A stretch of DNA of 32,681 nucleotides from a virus (Duplodnaviria; Caudoviricetes): positions 1 to 32,681 of the IMG/VR virus record IMGVR_UViG_3300017540_000013, one strand, 5' to 3'. Both the position numbers and the translations under genes were made by a program. Shown piece after piece: positions 18,708 through 25,980 of the stretch. The notes beneath the pieces were generated by a model. That model ran no database searches, had not been told where the DNA came from, and saw only the letters and a program-made list of their open reading frames with translations. Position 1 is the stretch's first letter. Each line of letters starts with the position of its first letter.

Positions 18708-19186
18708 CGCCTATCGGCCTCAATCACGGCCTGGCAGGCTCGAAGCTGGGCGTCGGACTCGGCACCGACTCGAACAATAGCTGCCGCAATTTCTGCTCCG
18801 CGCTGGGCTTGGTCATCACTGATGCTGGCGGAGGCGGCAGTACCGGGCAGCTGGGCGGTGTAGAGCGCACCGAGTTCGCGGCGCAGCCGGAGGTTGCCAG
18901 CACGCAGGTCAGCCACAACGCGGGCGCTTTCAGTTTCGATGGCACGCTTCTCGTCCTCGTACTTGGCGGCTATGGCCTGGGCTTCCTTGGCCTTGCGCTG
19001 CTCGATGTCTCTGGCGCCCTTCAGTGCATTGACTTCCGCGCGAGCCGAATCCCTCTCCGACTCGGCCTTGTCGGCGCGGGCATCGGAAATAGCGGAATCC
19101 CCACGAAAGTACAGGGCGGTCCCTATTGCGATGACCGCCAGCACCGCGAGTGCGTAGGTGGCGAGCTTCCATGGAGCGGCAAACAT
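18704..19186 (-). CDS. i-spanin (Rz-like); start ATG 19186
   Basis: N-terminal TM, coiled coil, LRAGNLRLR, DAQLRACQAVI. Confidence 0.9.
   Translation of the reverse strand: MFAAPWKLATYALAVLAVIAIGTALYFRGDSAISDARADKAESERDSARAEVNALKGARDIEQRKAKEAQAIAAKYEDEKRAIETESARVVADLRAGNLRLRRELGALYTAQLPGTAASASISDDQAQRGAEIAAAIVRVGAESDAQLRACQAVIEADRR
18724..18945 (-). CDS. o-spanin (Rz1-like) embedded in Rz
   Basis: Lipobox ATSGC followed by Pro-rich segment with a second Cys; nested in another frame. Confidence 0.85.
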   Translation of the reverse strand: MPSKLKAPALWLTCVLATSGCAANSVRSTPPSCPVLPPPPASVMTKPSAEQKLRQLLFESVPSPTPSFEPARP

Positions 19187-19350
19187 CAGTCCTCCAACCC
19201 TGCACACTGGCGACACCCCTCCAGGCGCTCCAACCGATGCGTCAGTCGCTTCGAGAGGCGCCCTGGGATTGCGCCGTGGTTCCGGCTGATGGGCCGCCTA
19301 CCCCAGTACTCAAACCCTATGGGCCGCTGACCGCGCTTCGTCCGGCTCAC
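19186..19350 (-). CDS. Small basic protein MSRTKRGQRPIGFEYWGRRP (54 aa)
   Basis: GTGA overlap upstream and TGATG overlap downstream. Confidence 0.65.
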   Translation of the reverse strand: MSRTKRGQRPIGFEYWGRRPISRNHGAIPGRLSKRLTHRLERLEGCRQCAGLED

Positions 19351-19520
19351 TTCGTCACCGCCTGGTCGCCCACATTCCCGGCCATGTACAGCCCAAGCAC
19401 CCAAGTCGTGTAGCTGACCCACTGGTCCGGGGTTAGGAGGCCCATGAACACCATCGGCAGGCCAACCAGGAACGCCGCGCAGCTCAGGATGAACTTGCGG
19501 CTGGCGAAGCGGGCGTCCAT
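19347..19520 (-). CDS. Two-TM holin/pinholin-like protein
   Basis: SRKF motif, two hydrophobic helices, YMAGNV; TGATG coupling. Confidence 0.7.
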   Translation of the reverse strand: MDARFASRKFILSCAAFLVGLPMVFMGLLTPDQWVSYTTWVLGLYMAGNVGDQAVTK

Positions 19521-19768
19521 CAGCAGGTGAACGTAGCCAACCCAGACCGGGGCCAATCGGAAGGCGGTGACGGCGGCGCTGGCGTCAGCGGGGCAATCTG
19601 CCCAAGCCGCCCCAAGTCATTCCCCAAGTATCCCGGCGAGCTCGGCGTCACCTTGGTAAATACCGTCTCCAGATGCTCCTTGATGGCCTTCCACTGCTCC
19701 GGATTGGGAGCGTCGGTGGTCAGCTGGCCGAATCCGTTGAGCCAGTAGCAGAATTGTTCTGGGGTCAT
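19520..19768 (-). CDS. Phage hypothetical protein (MTPEQFCYWLNGF)
   Basis: ATGA overlap with the endolysin stop. Confidence 0.75.
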   Translation of the reverse strand: MTPEQFCYWLNGFGQLTTDAPNPEQWKAIKEHLETVFTKVTPSSPGYLGNDLGRLGQIAPLTPAPPSPPSDWPRSGLATFTC

Positions 19769-20226
19769 TCGCTCTTTCCTAGGCACATCGCCAACTCAGC
19801 CTCGCGCCGGTTCACGAGTCCCTTGACTCGTTTCCCGCCCGCGTAGACCCACTTGCGCAGCTCCGGGCACCACGCCGAAGCCGACTCGCCCCGATTGATG
19901 CGCTTAACCAGCGTCGAGTTGCACGCGGCGCGGACGCCGACGTTGTAGGTCCAGCTCAGAACCGCAGCCCATTCGTTCTCGGTCAGCGGCTGGCCGATGC
20001 ACTCAGCCACTCCGGCCAGATGCCGGCCCAGACTGGTCTGCAGAATGGCCTCGCACTCGTCGCGCTTATACTCATCCTTGGGGATTCCCTTGGTCTCCCC
20101 GTAGCACCAGGTCACCTTGCCGACGATGTCCACGTAGGGCTTTGGGCTATACCCCTCCCACGGACGCACCAGCCCAGCAGCCAGCAGGAGTACGCCTGCA
20201 ATGCTGCCGATGACTTTGGCTTTCAT
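19765..20226 (-). CDS. SAR endolysin (GH24 lysozyme)
   Basis: Gly/Ala-rich N-terminal anchor; E-x8-D-x5-T triad (WEGYSPKPYVDIVGKVT); YNVG; GLVNRREAE. Confidence 0.93.
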   Translation of the reverse strand: MKAKVIGSIAGVLLLAAGLVRPWEGYSPKPYVDIVGKVTWCYGETKGIPKDEYKRDECEAILQTSLGRHLAGVAECIGQPLTENEWAAVLSWTYNVGVRAACNSTLVKRINRGESASAWCPELRKWVYAGGKRVKGLVNRREAELAMCLGKSE

Positions 20227-20315
20227 CAGATGCCGCCAGTGGTCTCGATGAGGTCGCCGGTTGCTTGGATTTCTTCGACGCCAATATCCTCAACGCCCGC
20301 TTCGATGGTCTTCAT
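20226..20315 (-). CDS. 29-aa acidic micro-ORF
   Basis: MKTIEAGVEDIGVEEIQATGDLIETTGGI fills the gap exactly, with ATGA and TGATG overlaps. Confidence 0.55.
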   Translation of the reverse strand: MKTIEAGVEDIGVEEIQATGDLIETTGGI

Positions 20316-20521
20316 TCCCGGTCCTGCTTGGAGTCCAGCTTGTTCTCAATCCGTTCCAGCGTCGCGTAGATGCGCTGCTCGAACCCATCCAGACGGGCGG
20401 CCAGCGCCTCCCGAAGGGCTTTCTCTGTGTTCACCCTGCCCTCAAGTCGAATGAGCCATACCAATCCGCCCAATGCGGCGAGGAAGACGCTGACGCCAGC
20501 GCCTATCAAGGTTTCAATCAC
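20312..20521 (-). CDS. Single-TM coiled-coil holin-like protein
   Basis: N-terminal TM plus coiled coil; RBS AGGGGA; first gene of the lysis cassette. Confidence 0.7.
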   Translation of the reverse strand: MIETLIGAGVSVFLAALGGLVWLIRLEGRVNTEKALREALAARLDGFEQRIYATLERIENKLDSKQDRE

Positions 20522-20973
20522 ATCGATGTCCCCTGTGCGAATAGATCCCGGAATCTCTTGGTTATCCGGACTCTGGGTCCGGCCCCTTACGGGTGGGCCA
20601 CCGCGACTTCCACCGGGCTCGTGACGGCTGTATCAAGGGGCGCTTACGCGTCCCGGGCGGCTCCTACTGCGCGGACTGGCCGCATGTCAGAGCCTTGCAG
20701 TCTCTAGCGGCCATGGACCAATGCCAGGCGGATGAGTGCTGCAATTCGTGAAATGGCACCAGTCCGGCGTACACCACGGACCTCTGGCGGCTGCCAACGC
20801 ACCATCGCTGGGCGCTATCGTCTTCCGCTGGTGAATGTATGCCGGTTACCTTGGTCTTCCGGCGCCAGGTCTTCAGGGCCACGTCCCTGCACTCGGCAGG
20901 TACGCACTGGCGGGTTAGTCGGGGCAAATGGCGTCCCGCTCACCACGGAGGTATGGAGAGCCTCCGCACTCTT

Positions 20974-21049
20974 TGGTGCCGCCCGCAGGACTTGAACCTG
21001 CAACCGATACCTTACAAAGGCATCGCTCTGCCAATTGAGCTAGAGCGGC
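20974..21049 (-). tRNA. tRNA-Thr (anticodon UGU)
   Basis: 76 nt: GCCGCTC TA GCTC AATTGGCA GAGC G ATGCC TT-TGT-AA GGTAT CGGTT GCAGG TTCAAGT CCTGC GGGCGGC ACCA. Confidence 0.95.
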
Positions 21050-21053
21050 GGAA

Positions 21054-21152
21054 TGGTGCTTGCGGGCCGGGTTGGTTACCGGCTCGGCCGTTTTTGTTGG
21101 GTGGCGTGGCCGCCTAAACCGTACTGGCGTGTCCATCCACGCCGCCGCAAGC
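21054..21152 (-). ncRNA. tRNA-like RNA with ACCA end and no canonical anticodon arm
   Basis: 8-bp stem GCTTGCGG/CCGCAAGC + ACCA, 6-bp D-like stem GGCGTG/CACGCC, 5-bp T-like stem GCCGG/CCGGC; 4 nt upstream of tRNA-Thr. Confidence 0.7.
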
Positions 21153-21156
21153 AAAA

Positions 21157-21408
21157 CTACTGAACCGAGCGCAGCCTCTTCGGGCCGTCCGGCTTCTTCT
21201 CTTCCTCGACGTTCCGCCACTTCCGGTCTACGCCGGATAGCCAGTAGATGGCCCCGTCGCGGTACTGGACGGCCAGCACGCCGTCGTACTCGTTGCTCGG
21301 GTCCAAGTAGTCTGGGTCACAGAGCCAGCACTGGCCGTCGTGCAGGAACAGGTCGGTAGCCGATGCCTGGAACTCGATGCCACCCTCTTCTTCGGCTTCG
21401 TCGGTCAT
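21157..21408 (-). CDS. Hypothetical protein (83 aa), first late gene
   Basis: RBS CAGGAG and ATG 21408. Confidence 0.75.
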   Translation of the reverse strand: MTDEAEEEGGIEFQASATDLFLHDGQCWLCDPDYLDPSNEYDGVLAVQYRDGAIYWLSGVDRKWRNVEEEKKPDGPKRLRSVQ

Positions 21409-21472
21409 GGCTGGCTCCTGTAGAACCCGGCGCCCAGTTACGGGCTGTTGCCGGGCGGGCGACGAATCGCCC

Positions 21473-21499
21473 AAACAAAAGGGCCGCGCTTGGCGGCCC
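21473..21499 (-). terminator. tR'-like terminator
   Basis: Minus strand GGGCCGC-CAAGC-GCGGCCC followed by TTTTGTTT, about 10 nt after the -10 element. Confidence 0.85.
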
Positions 21500-21508
21500 G
21501 TCACTGTG

Positions 21509-21517
21509 ATTATGCCA
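21509..21517 (-). promoter_or_regulatory. pR'-like late promoter (extended -10)
   Basis: Minus strand TG-G-CATAAT right after the Q-position gene and before the terminator. Confidence 0.6.
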
Positions 21518-21520
21518 AAA

Positions 21521-22006
21521 TCAGGGGTGAGCAGAGTTCCTGAATCTCGCGGCTATCCAAGCCCTACCAACCGTGCCGATTTTCATGTGAAGGATTCCCT
21601 CGGCCAGTTTGCGGGTAGCAAGATAGTCCTCGTACCGGACCTTGAATCCTCGCGCCCGGCTACGCCCTGGTTTCGGCCACCGTCCGCACGTCAGCTCGAA
21701 CGCGTCGAACACCGCCCCCTTCACCCAGACGCGGTCCCGCTCCGGAATCCCGGTGCCCGCAGCGTCTATTTCATCGAACACCACCTGGCACAGCGAGCGG
21801 CGGTACAGGACGGACCCGCCCCAGTAGGCCTCCAGCAACTCGGGCGGGTTCTCGCCTCGGCACATTGCCAGCGCGGCGGCGTCTTCCGTCGTGTCTGGCC
21901 CTGCTTCCTGCCCAGCCAGCAGGCCTAGGAAGTTCGATTGACCCTCAAGGCGAGCCAACCTCTCACAAGGGTGTGGCGGTGATGTGTCCCAGTGGTACTT
22001 GCTCAT
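21521..22006 (-). CDS. Putative late-gene antiterminator/activator (Q position)
   Basis: Last early gene before a promoter-terminator pair; RBS AAGGA; function from synteny only. Confidence 0.55.
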   Translation of the reverse strand: MSKYHWDTSPPHPCERLARLEGQSNFLGLLAGQEAGPDTTEDAAALAMCRGENPPELLEAYWGGSVLYRRSLCQVVFDEIDAAGTGIPERDRVWVKGAVFDAFELTCGRWPKPGRSRARGFKVRYEDYLATRKLAEGILHMKIGTVGRAWIAARFRNSAHP

Positions 22007-22022
22007 GGCATCCTTGCCTTGG

Positions 22023-22047
22023 AAAGGGGCGGGACTTCCCCGCCCCT
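22023..22047 (-). terminator. Hairpin/terminator after the SPFH gene
   Basis: Minus strand AGGGGCGGG-GAAGT-CCCGCCCCT-TT. Confidence 0.6.
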
Positions 22048-22053
22048 GTTACT

Positions 22054-22908
22054 TCACTTGACTTGGATAAACGGGACCGCGCCGCCAGCATTAGTCTGCG
22101 GGAGCTGTCCGTTCCACTTCTCAACTGCGGTCATCTGCACGATCTCAGGGTTTGCCGTAATGGCGGCTGCCTTGACGCGAATCGCGTTGGCCTGTGCCTC
22201 CGAGATGATGCGCAGAGATTCAGCGGCGCCCTGGGCCGTCGCAACCTTGATTTCAGCTTCAGCCTTGGCCTTGGCGACTTGGTTCTGAGCCTGCTGAGCC
22301 TGCTGTGTCATCTGAATCTTGGCGTTGATGGCTTGGGTGACGCTCTGGGGGAGACGAAGCTCGCCAACCCAATAGATTTTCTCGATAATGATGCCGATGT
22401 CCTTGACCTGGCGGGTTACGTCGTCCTGGACTGCGGCAATCAGCTTCGTCTTTCCGGCGCCATACACCGTCTCAACCGGCATCGAACTTGCGTTCTTGAC
22501 CAGAGAGTCACGCACCATGTTTCGGAGGTAGATGTCCGTAATCTCATCCACTCCTTTCCGGTACTTCTGGAAGATGAGCGACGCCTTGTCGGGCTGGATG
22601 TGGTAGCTGATGCCAACGTCGGCAGTGACGGCCAAGCCCTCGATGGTCTGAAAGCCCAACTCTTCGTTGGTGCAGTCGCCATTCTGGCAGTCCTTCGCCC
22701 ACGTGTAGTTTTGGGTGAAGGTCGGGAAGATGTACATCTCCTCGTTCACTCCCACCCAGTGGCGTCCAGGCCCCTTCTCCTCGATGTCCACGCCCTTGTC
22801 GCCGCCGAGCAGATAGACCTTGATGCCGACGTTGCCGGCGGGGACCTTGGTGCAAGCGGCCAAAGTCATGAGACCAACTATCAAAAACAGCTTCTTACCG
22901 ATGCCCAT
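22054..22908 (-). CDS. SPFH/Band-7/prohibitin-family lipoprotein
   Basis: LAAC lipobox, KVPAGNVGIKV, AEAE coiled coil, EKWNGQLP. Confidence 0.92.
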   Translation of the reverse strand: MGIGKKLFLIVGLMTLAACTKVPAGNVGIKVYLLGGDKGVDIEEKGPGRHWVGVNEEMYIFPTFTQNYTWAKDCQNGDCTNEELGFQTIEGLAVTADVGISYHIQPDKASLIFQKYRKGVDEITDIYLRNMVRDSLVKNASSMPVETVYGAGKTKLIAAVQDDVTRQVKDIGIIIEKIYWVGELRLPQSVTQAINAKIQMTQQAQQAQNQVAKAKAEAEIKVATAQGAAESLRIISEAQANAIRVKAAAITANPEIVQMTAVEKWNGQLPQTNAGGAVPFIQVK

Positions 22909-23098
22909 TTGGGGCCTCCTTGTTGATTGACTTCCTAACCGTTCGATATGTGCCGTATGCAGACCCCAACAACAGGAACGCGCCGCCTAGGGCAAGTTCC
23001 GTACTGCGAGCCGAAATCATGGCGGGCGCGATAAACCCAAGAAGCGCGCACCACCAGGCCAACACCATTCCCCACGAAAGTTCCTTGCGCACACTCAT
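22895..23098 (-). CDS. Small two-TM protein coupled to the SPFH gene
   Basis: Two hydrophobic segments; TAATG overlap. Confidence 0.75.
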   Translation of the reverse strand: MSVRKELSWGMVLAWWCALLGFIAPAMISARSTELALGGAFLLLGSAYGTYRTVRKSINKEAPNGHR

Positions 23099-23997
23099 TA
23101 CGCAGCCCTCGCCAGAGTGAATTTGTATTCCGCGTCCTTGACCGTCTTCCGCAGGTATTCACCCAGAGAGACGCCCTCGTACTTCCGGCACAGGTAGTCC
23201 AGCGTCAGGGGCATCGGCTCGCAGTCGCCGCCGTTACGAACGTCGTTCAGGACCACCACGCCGCGCCAGTCGTTGTTCCGCTGGCGACCTCGGTAGATCT
23301 CGTCGTGCAGGTAGCAGCTTCCAGCCACGATGCCGTGCAGGGTCCGCCCAATCGGGAGCGGCCTACGGTGAACTAGGTAGCCCTGCTCGTGTCCGCACAC
23401 GAAGCTGGCGCAAATCTTGTTGAACCGGTTCTCCATCGTTCCGCCAATGGGGCGGTCCGACTTCTCCATCTGGAAGTAGTGGCTGTAGTGGATTCCGTCC
23501 ACCTCGACCACTTCCAGGAACGCCTTGCGCTCGAAACCTTGGGTGTTCAGGTGGTGGTCGCCAATGGTCCCGGCGAATCGGGGGTCATTGTTGATGGCCC
23601 GGTCAATCCGGTTTTCGTGGTTTCCCTTGGTCCAGATGCAGCGCGGCTCCCAGCGGGCCTTCTTGTTCCTGCGAAGCCGCTCCTGCTCTGCGCGCATGGG
23701 TGCCACAAGGCGTGCGAAGGCTTCATTGCCCACGGCAATGTCCTCCTCGTACCTGACCCCCTCCATCGCGAGTGAGCCAGGGCCATCGTGCATCGACAGG
23801 CTTGGCATATCCCAGTGGTCGCCTATGTGGACGATGGTGTCCGGCCGATAATCCACGATGGCCTGCGCAATCCAGTCGATGTGCGCCAGTGGAACGCCAG
23901 GGCGGACCTGGGTGTCGGGAATGATGAAATGGCGTGTCGGGTTCATATCCATCCTTGGGGCCGTCCTTGGCCGGTTGTCCTTGTGTGCGTGCTCCAT
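23098..23997 (-). CDS. Calcineurin-like metallophosphoesterase
   Basis: IPDTQ, GDHWD, GNHE, YSH, GHEQ metal-binding motifs. Confidence 0.9.
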   Translation of the reverse strand: MEHAHKDNRPRTAPRMDMNPTRHFIIPDTQVRPGVPLAHIDWIAQAIVDYRPDTIVHIGDHWDMPSLSMHDGPGSLAMEGVRYEEDIAVGNEAFARLVAPMRAEQERLRRNKKARWEPRCIWTKGNHENRIDRAINNDPRFAGTIGDHHLNTQGFERKAFLEVVEVDGIHYSHYFQMEKSDRPIGGTMENRFNKICASFVCGHEQGYLVHRRPLPIGRTLHGIVAGSCYLHDEIYRGRQRNNDWRGVVVLNDVRNGGDCEPMPLTLDYLCRKYEGVSLGEYLRKTVKDAEYKFTLARAA

Positions 23998-23999
23998 GC

Positions 24000-24143
24000 T
24001 TACATGACTAGGAAAGCGGCCTTAACCAGCAGAAATACGACGCCGAGCAGTACCACCAGCATTGCCGCCATCGCTGGAATAATCACGAAGACGTAGAAGA
24101 CTGAACACTTCAAGAATTCCTTGACGTATTCCCACTCGGTCAT
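24000..24143 (-). CDS. 47-aa single-TM protein (not in ORF track)
   Basis: RBS GAGGAG; MTEWEYVKEFLKCSVFYVFVIIPAMAAMLVVLLGVVFLLVKAAFLVM. Confidence 0.65.
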   Translation of the reverse strand: MTEWEYVKEFLKCSVFYVFVIIPAMAAMLVVLLGVVFLLVKAAFLVM

Positions 24144-24146
24144 CAC

Positions 24147-24647
24147 TTACTCCTCGTCCGTGGGTCGTGTGGTGGCCGCTGCATAGGCGGCTCGGTCATG
24201 TTCGTGGGCCTCCCCCGCTTTCAGCCCCGATGTCGGGCCGTCCTCGTCGTGGATTTCCAGCAGTGCGGCGACGATGGGGGAATCTGGGAGGTCGGACACG
24301 TCGGGGAAGGGTTTGGCCTTGGCGACGTTCTTTGCCCCGCGAGCGATCGGCGCACCGTCTGCCTCAAGTTCTTTCTGAAGGAAGGCCAAGGCTCGCCAGG
24401 CCAGCTTTGTGCTGTGGCGCACGCCGTCGTCATCGAAGGTCCCGCGCTGCATCAGGTGCCGGCCTAGGGCGTCTTCCTCGTCGTCAGACTTAGACCTGTC
24501 CCAATGCAGGGGGGCGTCGCCGTTGTGCTGCACGTTGCCACGCACTGAAAGGGCGGCTAGGGCAACAATCGCGGACGGGAAATAGTCAAGGAACCCGGTG
24601 CAAATGGGGATGGACTTTCTGGCCTGCGGGTCGTTGGGGAGTGCCAT
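24147..24647 (-). CDS. dATP/dGTP diphosphohydrolase-like (DUF5664-like) protein
   Basis: YFPSAI..GNVQH..LHWDRSKS..DALGRHL..H..LAWRALA pattern. Confidence 0.7.
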   Translation of the reverse strand: MALPNDPQARKSIPICTGFLDYFPSAIVALAALSVRGNVQHNGDAPLHWDRSKSDDEEDALGRHLMQRGTFDDDGVRHSTKLAWRALAFLQKELEADGAPIARGAKNVAKAKPFPDVSDLPDSPIVAALLEIHDEDGPTSGLKAGEAHEHDRAAYAAATTRPTDEE

Positions 24648-24674
24648 CTCAATCTCCTATCGGATGGCATAGAT

Positions 24675-24986
24675 TTAAGCGGCTTCTTGTGAACCATTGT
24701 CGGAAGTAAACCTGCACACTTTTTTCAATTGAAGCCTTTCGATAGCCTCCTCTCGTCGGTTGTATATCGTGCGCGAAGAGACCCCTTGCCGCTCAGCCAG
24801 CGTGACGCACCCGACTTTTTCAAATAGGTCAAGCAGTCTGATGTCCTCCTGCGTCTCAAGCATGTCTGCCACGGAAACGCTCTCGGCATCCATCGCCGCC
24901 CTGTGTGCCGCTGCTCGTGATACCCCGACCAGCACAAGCGCGTCTTCGAGGTCCCGAATCACCTTTGCCAGGTCATCCAAGCGCAT
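24675..24986 (-). CDS. HTH DNA-binding protein
   Basis: LAERQGVSSRTIYNRR helix-turn-helix. Confidence 0.75.
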   Translation of the reverse strand: MRLDDLAKVIRDLEDALVLVGVSRAAAHRAAMDAESVSVADMLETQEDIRLLDLFEKVGCVTLAERQGVSSRTIYNRREEAIERLQLKKVCRFTSDNGSQEAA

Positions 24987-25382
24987 CTAGTTACTCCTTT
25001 CTCGCACCAGCAGGAAAAACCCCTCCTCGTACAGCTCCTGGGTGTACCGCAGGTCAAAGCTCCATGACTGGGCTGCTTTCAAGGCAGCATCGCTCGGCAC
25101 CACAAACCGCCAACCCTTGCGCGGCACTTTGTAGGCTAGGCACGGGACGGCGCCGCGTTGGCTGGCGGCCTGACAGGCCTGTCCCCACCACCTCGCAATC
25201 TCGACCTTCGCGCAGTTCTTGCACTCGATGAGGAAGCCGGCCACTAGCTGTTCGATGTCGCCGTGCTGCGCTTGCCGGTATTGCTGGAGGTTCCGGGTCC
25301 ACTGACCGCCCAGGTAGTCTGACAACAGGCGGCACAGTTCACGTTCGGCGCGGGCACCCTTGTTTCGAGAGAAGGCGCCCAT
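24987..25382 (-). CDS. PD-(D/E)XK Holliday junction resolvase-like endonuclease
   Basis: SRNKGARAERE, GDI, IECK motifs. Confidence 0.85.
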   Translation of the reverse strand: MGAFSRNKGARAERELCRLLSDYLGGQWTRNLQQYRQAQHGDIEQLVAGFLIECKNCAKVEIARWWGQACQAASQRGAVPCLAYKVPRKGWRFVVPSDAALKAAQSWSFDLRYTQELYEEGFFLLVRERSN

Positions 25383-25594
25383 TAGAACGCCCTCGCAAAA
25401 ATGTGCCCCGGCTCAGCGCCGCGCCAGTGGTTCAGGGCTTCGACAGCCTTGCCTGAGAGTGCCGGCAACCCTCTAACTGTCGCGTCCAAACGACACTGCC
25501 GACACGTCGCATCAACGCCCATACGCTTCGTCCTATCCTTCCGGTACATGCTCAGCGGCTTGACCGTGCCGCAGCGGCTGCATTGCTTGGTCAT
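25382..25594 (-). CDS. Small zinc-finger protein
   Basis: CSRC..KPLSMY..CRQC. Confidence 0.75.
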   Translation of the reverse strand: MTKQCSRCGTVKPLSMYRKDRTKRMGVDATCRQCRLDATVRGLPALSGKAVEALNHWRGAEPGHIFARAF

Positions 25595-25980
25595 GCTTCA
25601 CCCAGAATTTCGTCTTGGTACTTCTGCCACGCCTCAGTTCCGCGCCCATAACCGGGAAGTGCGCCGTAGGTCCATTCGCGGAAGTCCGCCGCGCTGTAGA
25701 AGCTCGGCCCATACAGTTCGCGCATGTCGTAGGTGGAGTGCCCCGGAATGAGCGTCCCCTGGTGATGCCAGCTACAGAGCGCAACCACCGCGTCCTGTCC
25801 CAGTTGCTTAGCCCCGTGCCAGTCGTTGAAGTTGCGGTGGTGGATTTCCGTCACACCGGCCTGCCGGTCCTGCATGCCATTCGCTATTCGCAAACGGCAA
25901 ACGACACACCCCAGCGCCCTAGCCCGGTCCTGATAGTCCTGCTGCGCCAGTGTTGGCGGCTTGCGCTTGGCGAGGGTCAC
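25591..25980 (-). CDS. Ref-like (HNH) recombination-enhancement nuclease
   Basis: LGCVVC, EIHH, LCSWHH, YGPS..F..YG motifs. Confidence 0.8.
   Translation of the reverse strand: MTLAKRKPPTLAQQDYQDRARALGCVVCRLRIANGMQDRQAGVTEIHHRNFNDWHGAKQLGQDAVVALCSWHHQGTLIPGHSTYDMRELYGPSFYSAADFREWTYGALPGYGRGTEAWQKYQDEILGEA

Noticed and set aside
19190-19345. Apparent non-coding gap that could be an ncRNA
   Set aside because: Filled exactly by a GTG-start 54-aa ORF coupled on both sides
20226-20315. 29-aa peptide as a lasso/RiPP precursor (ends TTGGI)
   Set aside because: No core peptide after the GG and no maturation enzymes in the window
21054-21152. Functional tRNA-Sec
   Set aside because: No UCA anticodon loop, no canonical T-loop and no sel genes; only the stem geometry is similar
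20664-21220. Short ORFs in the track across the tRNA region
   Set aside because: They overlap the tRNA and tRNA-like structures and lack RBSs and protein-like composition
21865-22926. 353-aa + strand ORF
   Set aside because: Antisense shadow of the SPFH gene
24147-24647. 2-aminoadenine (Z) genome pathway
   Set aside because: No PurZ or dedicated polymerase in the window; a lone hydrolase is insufficient
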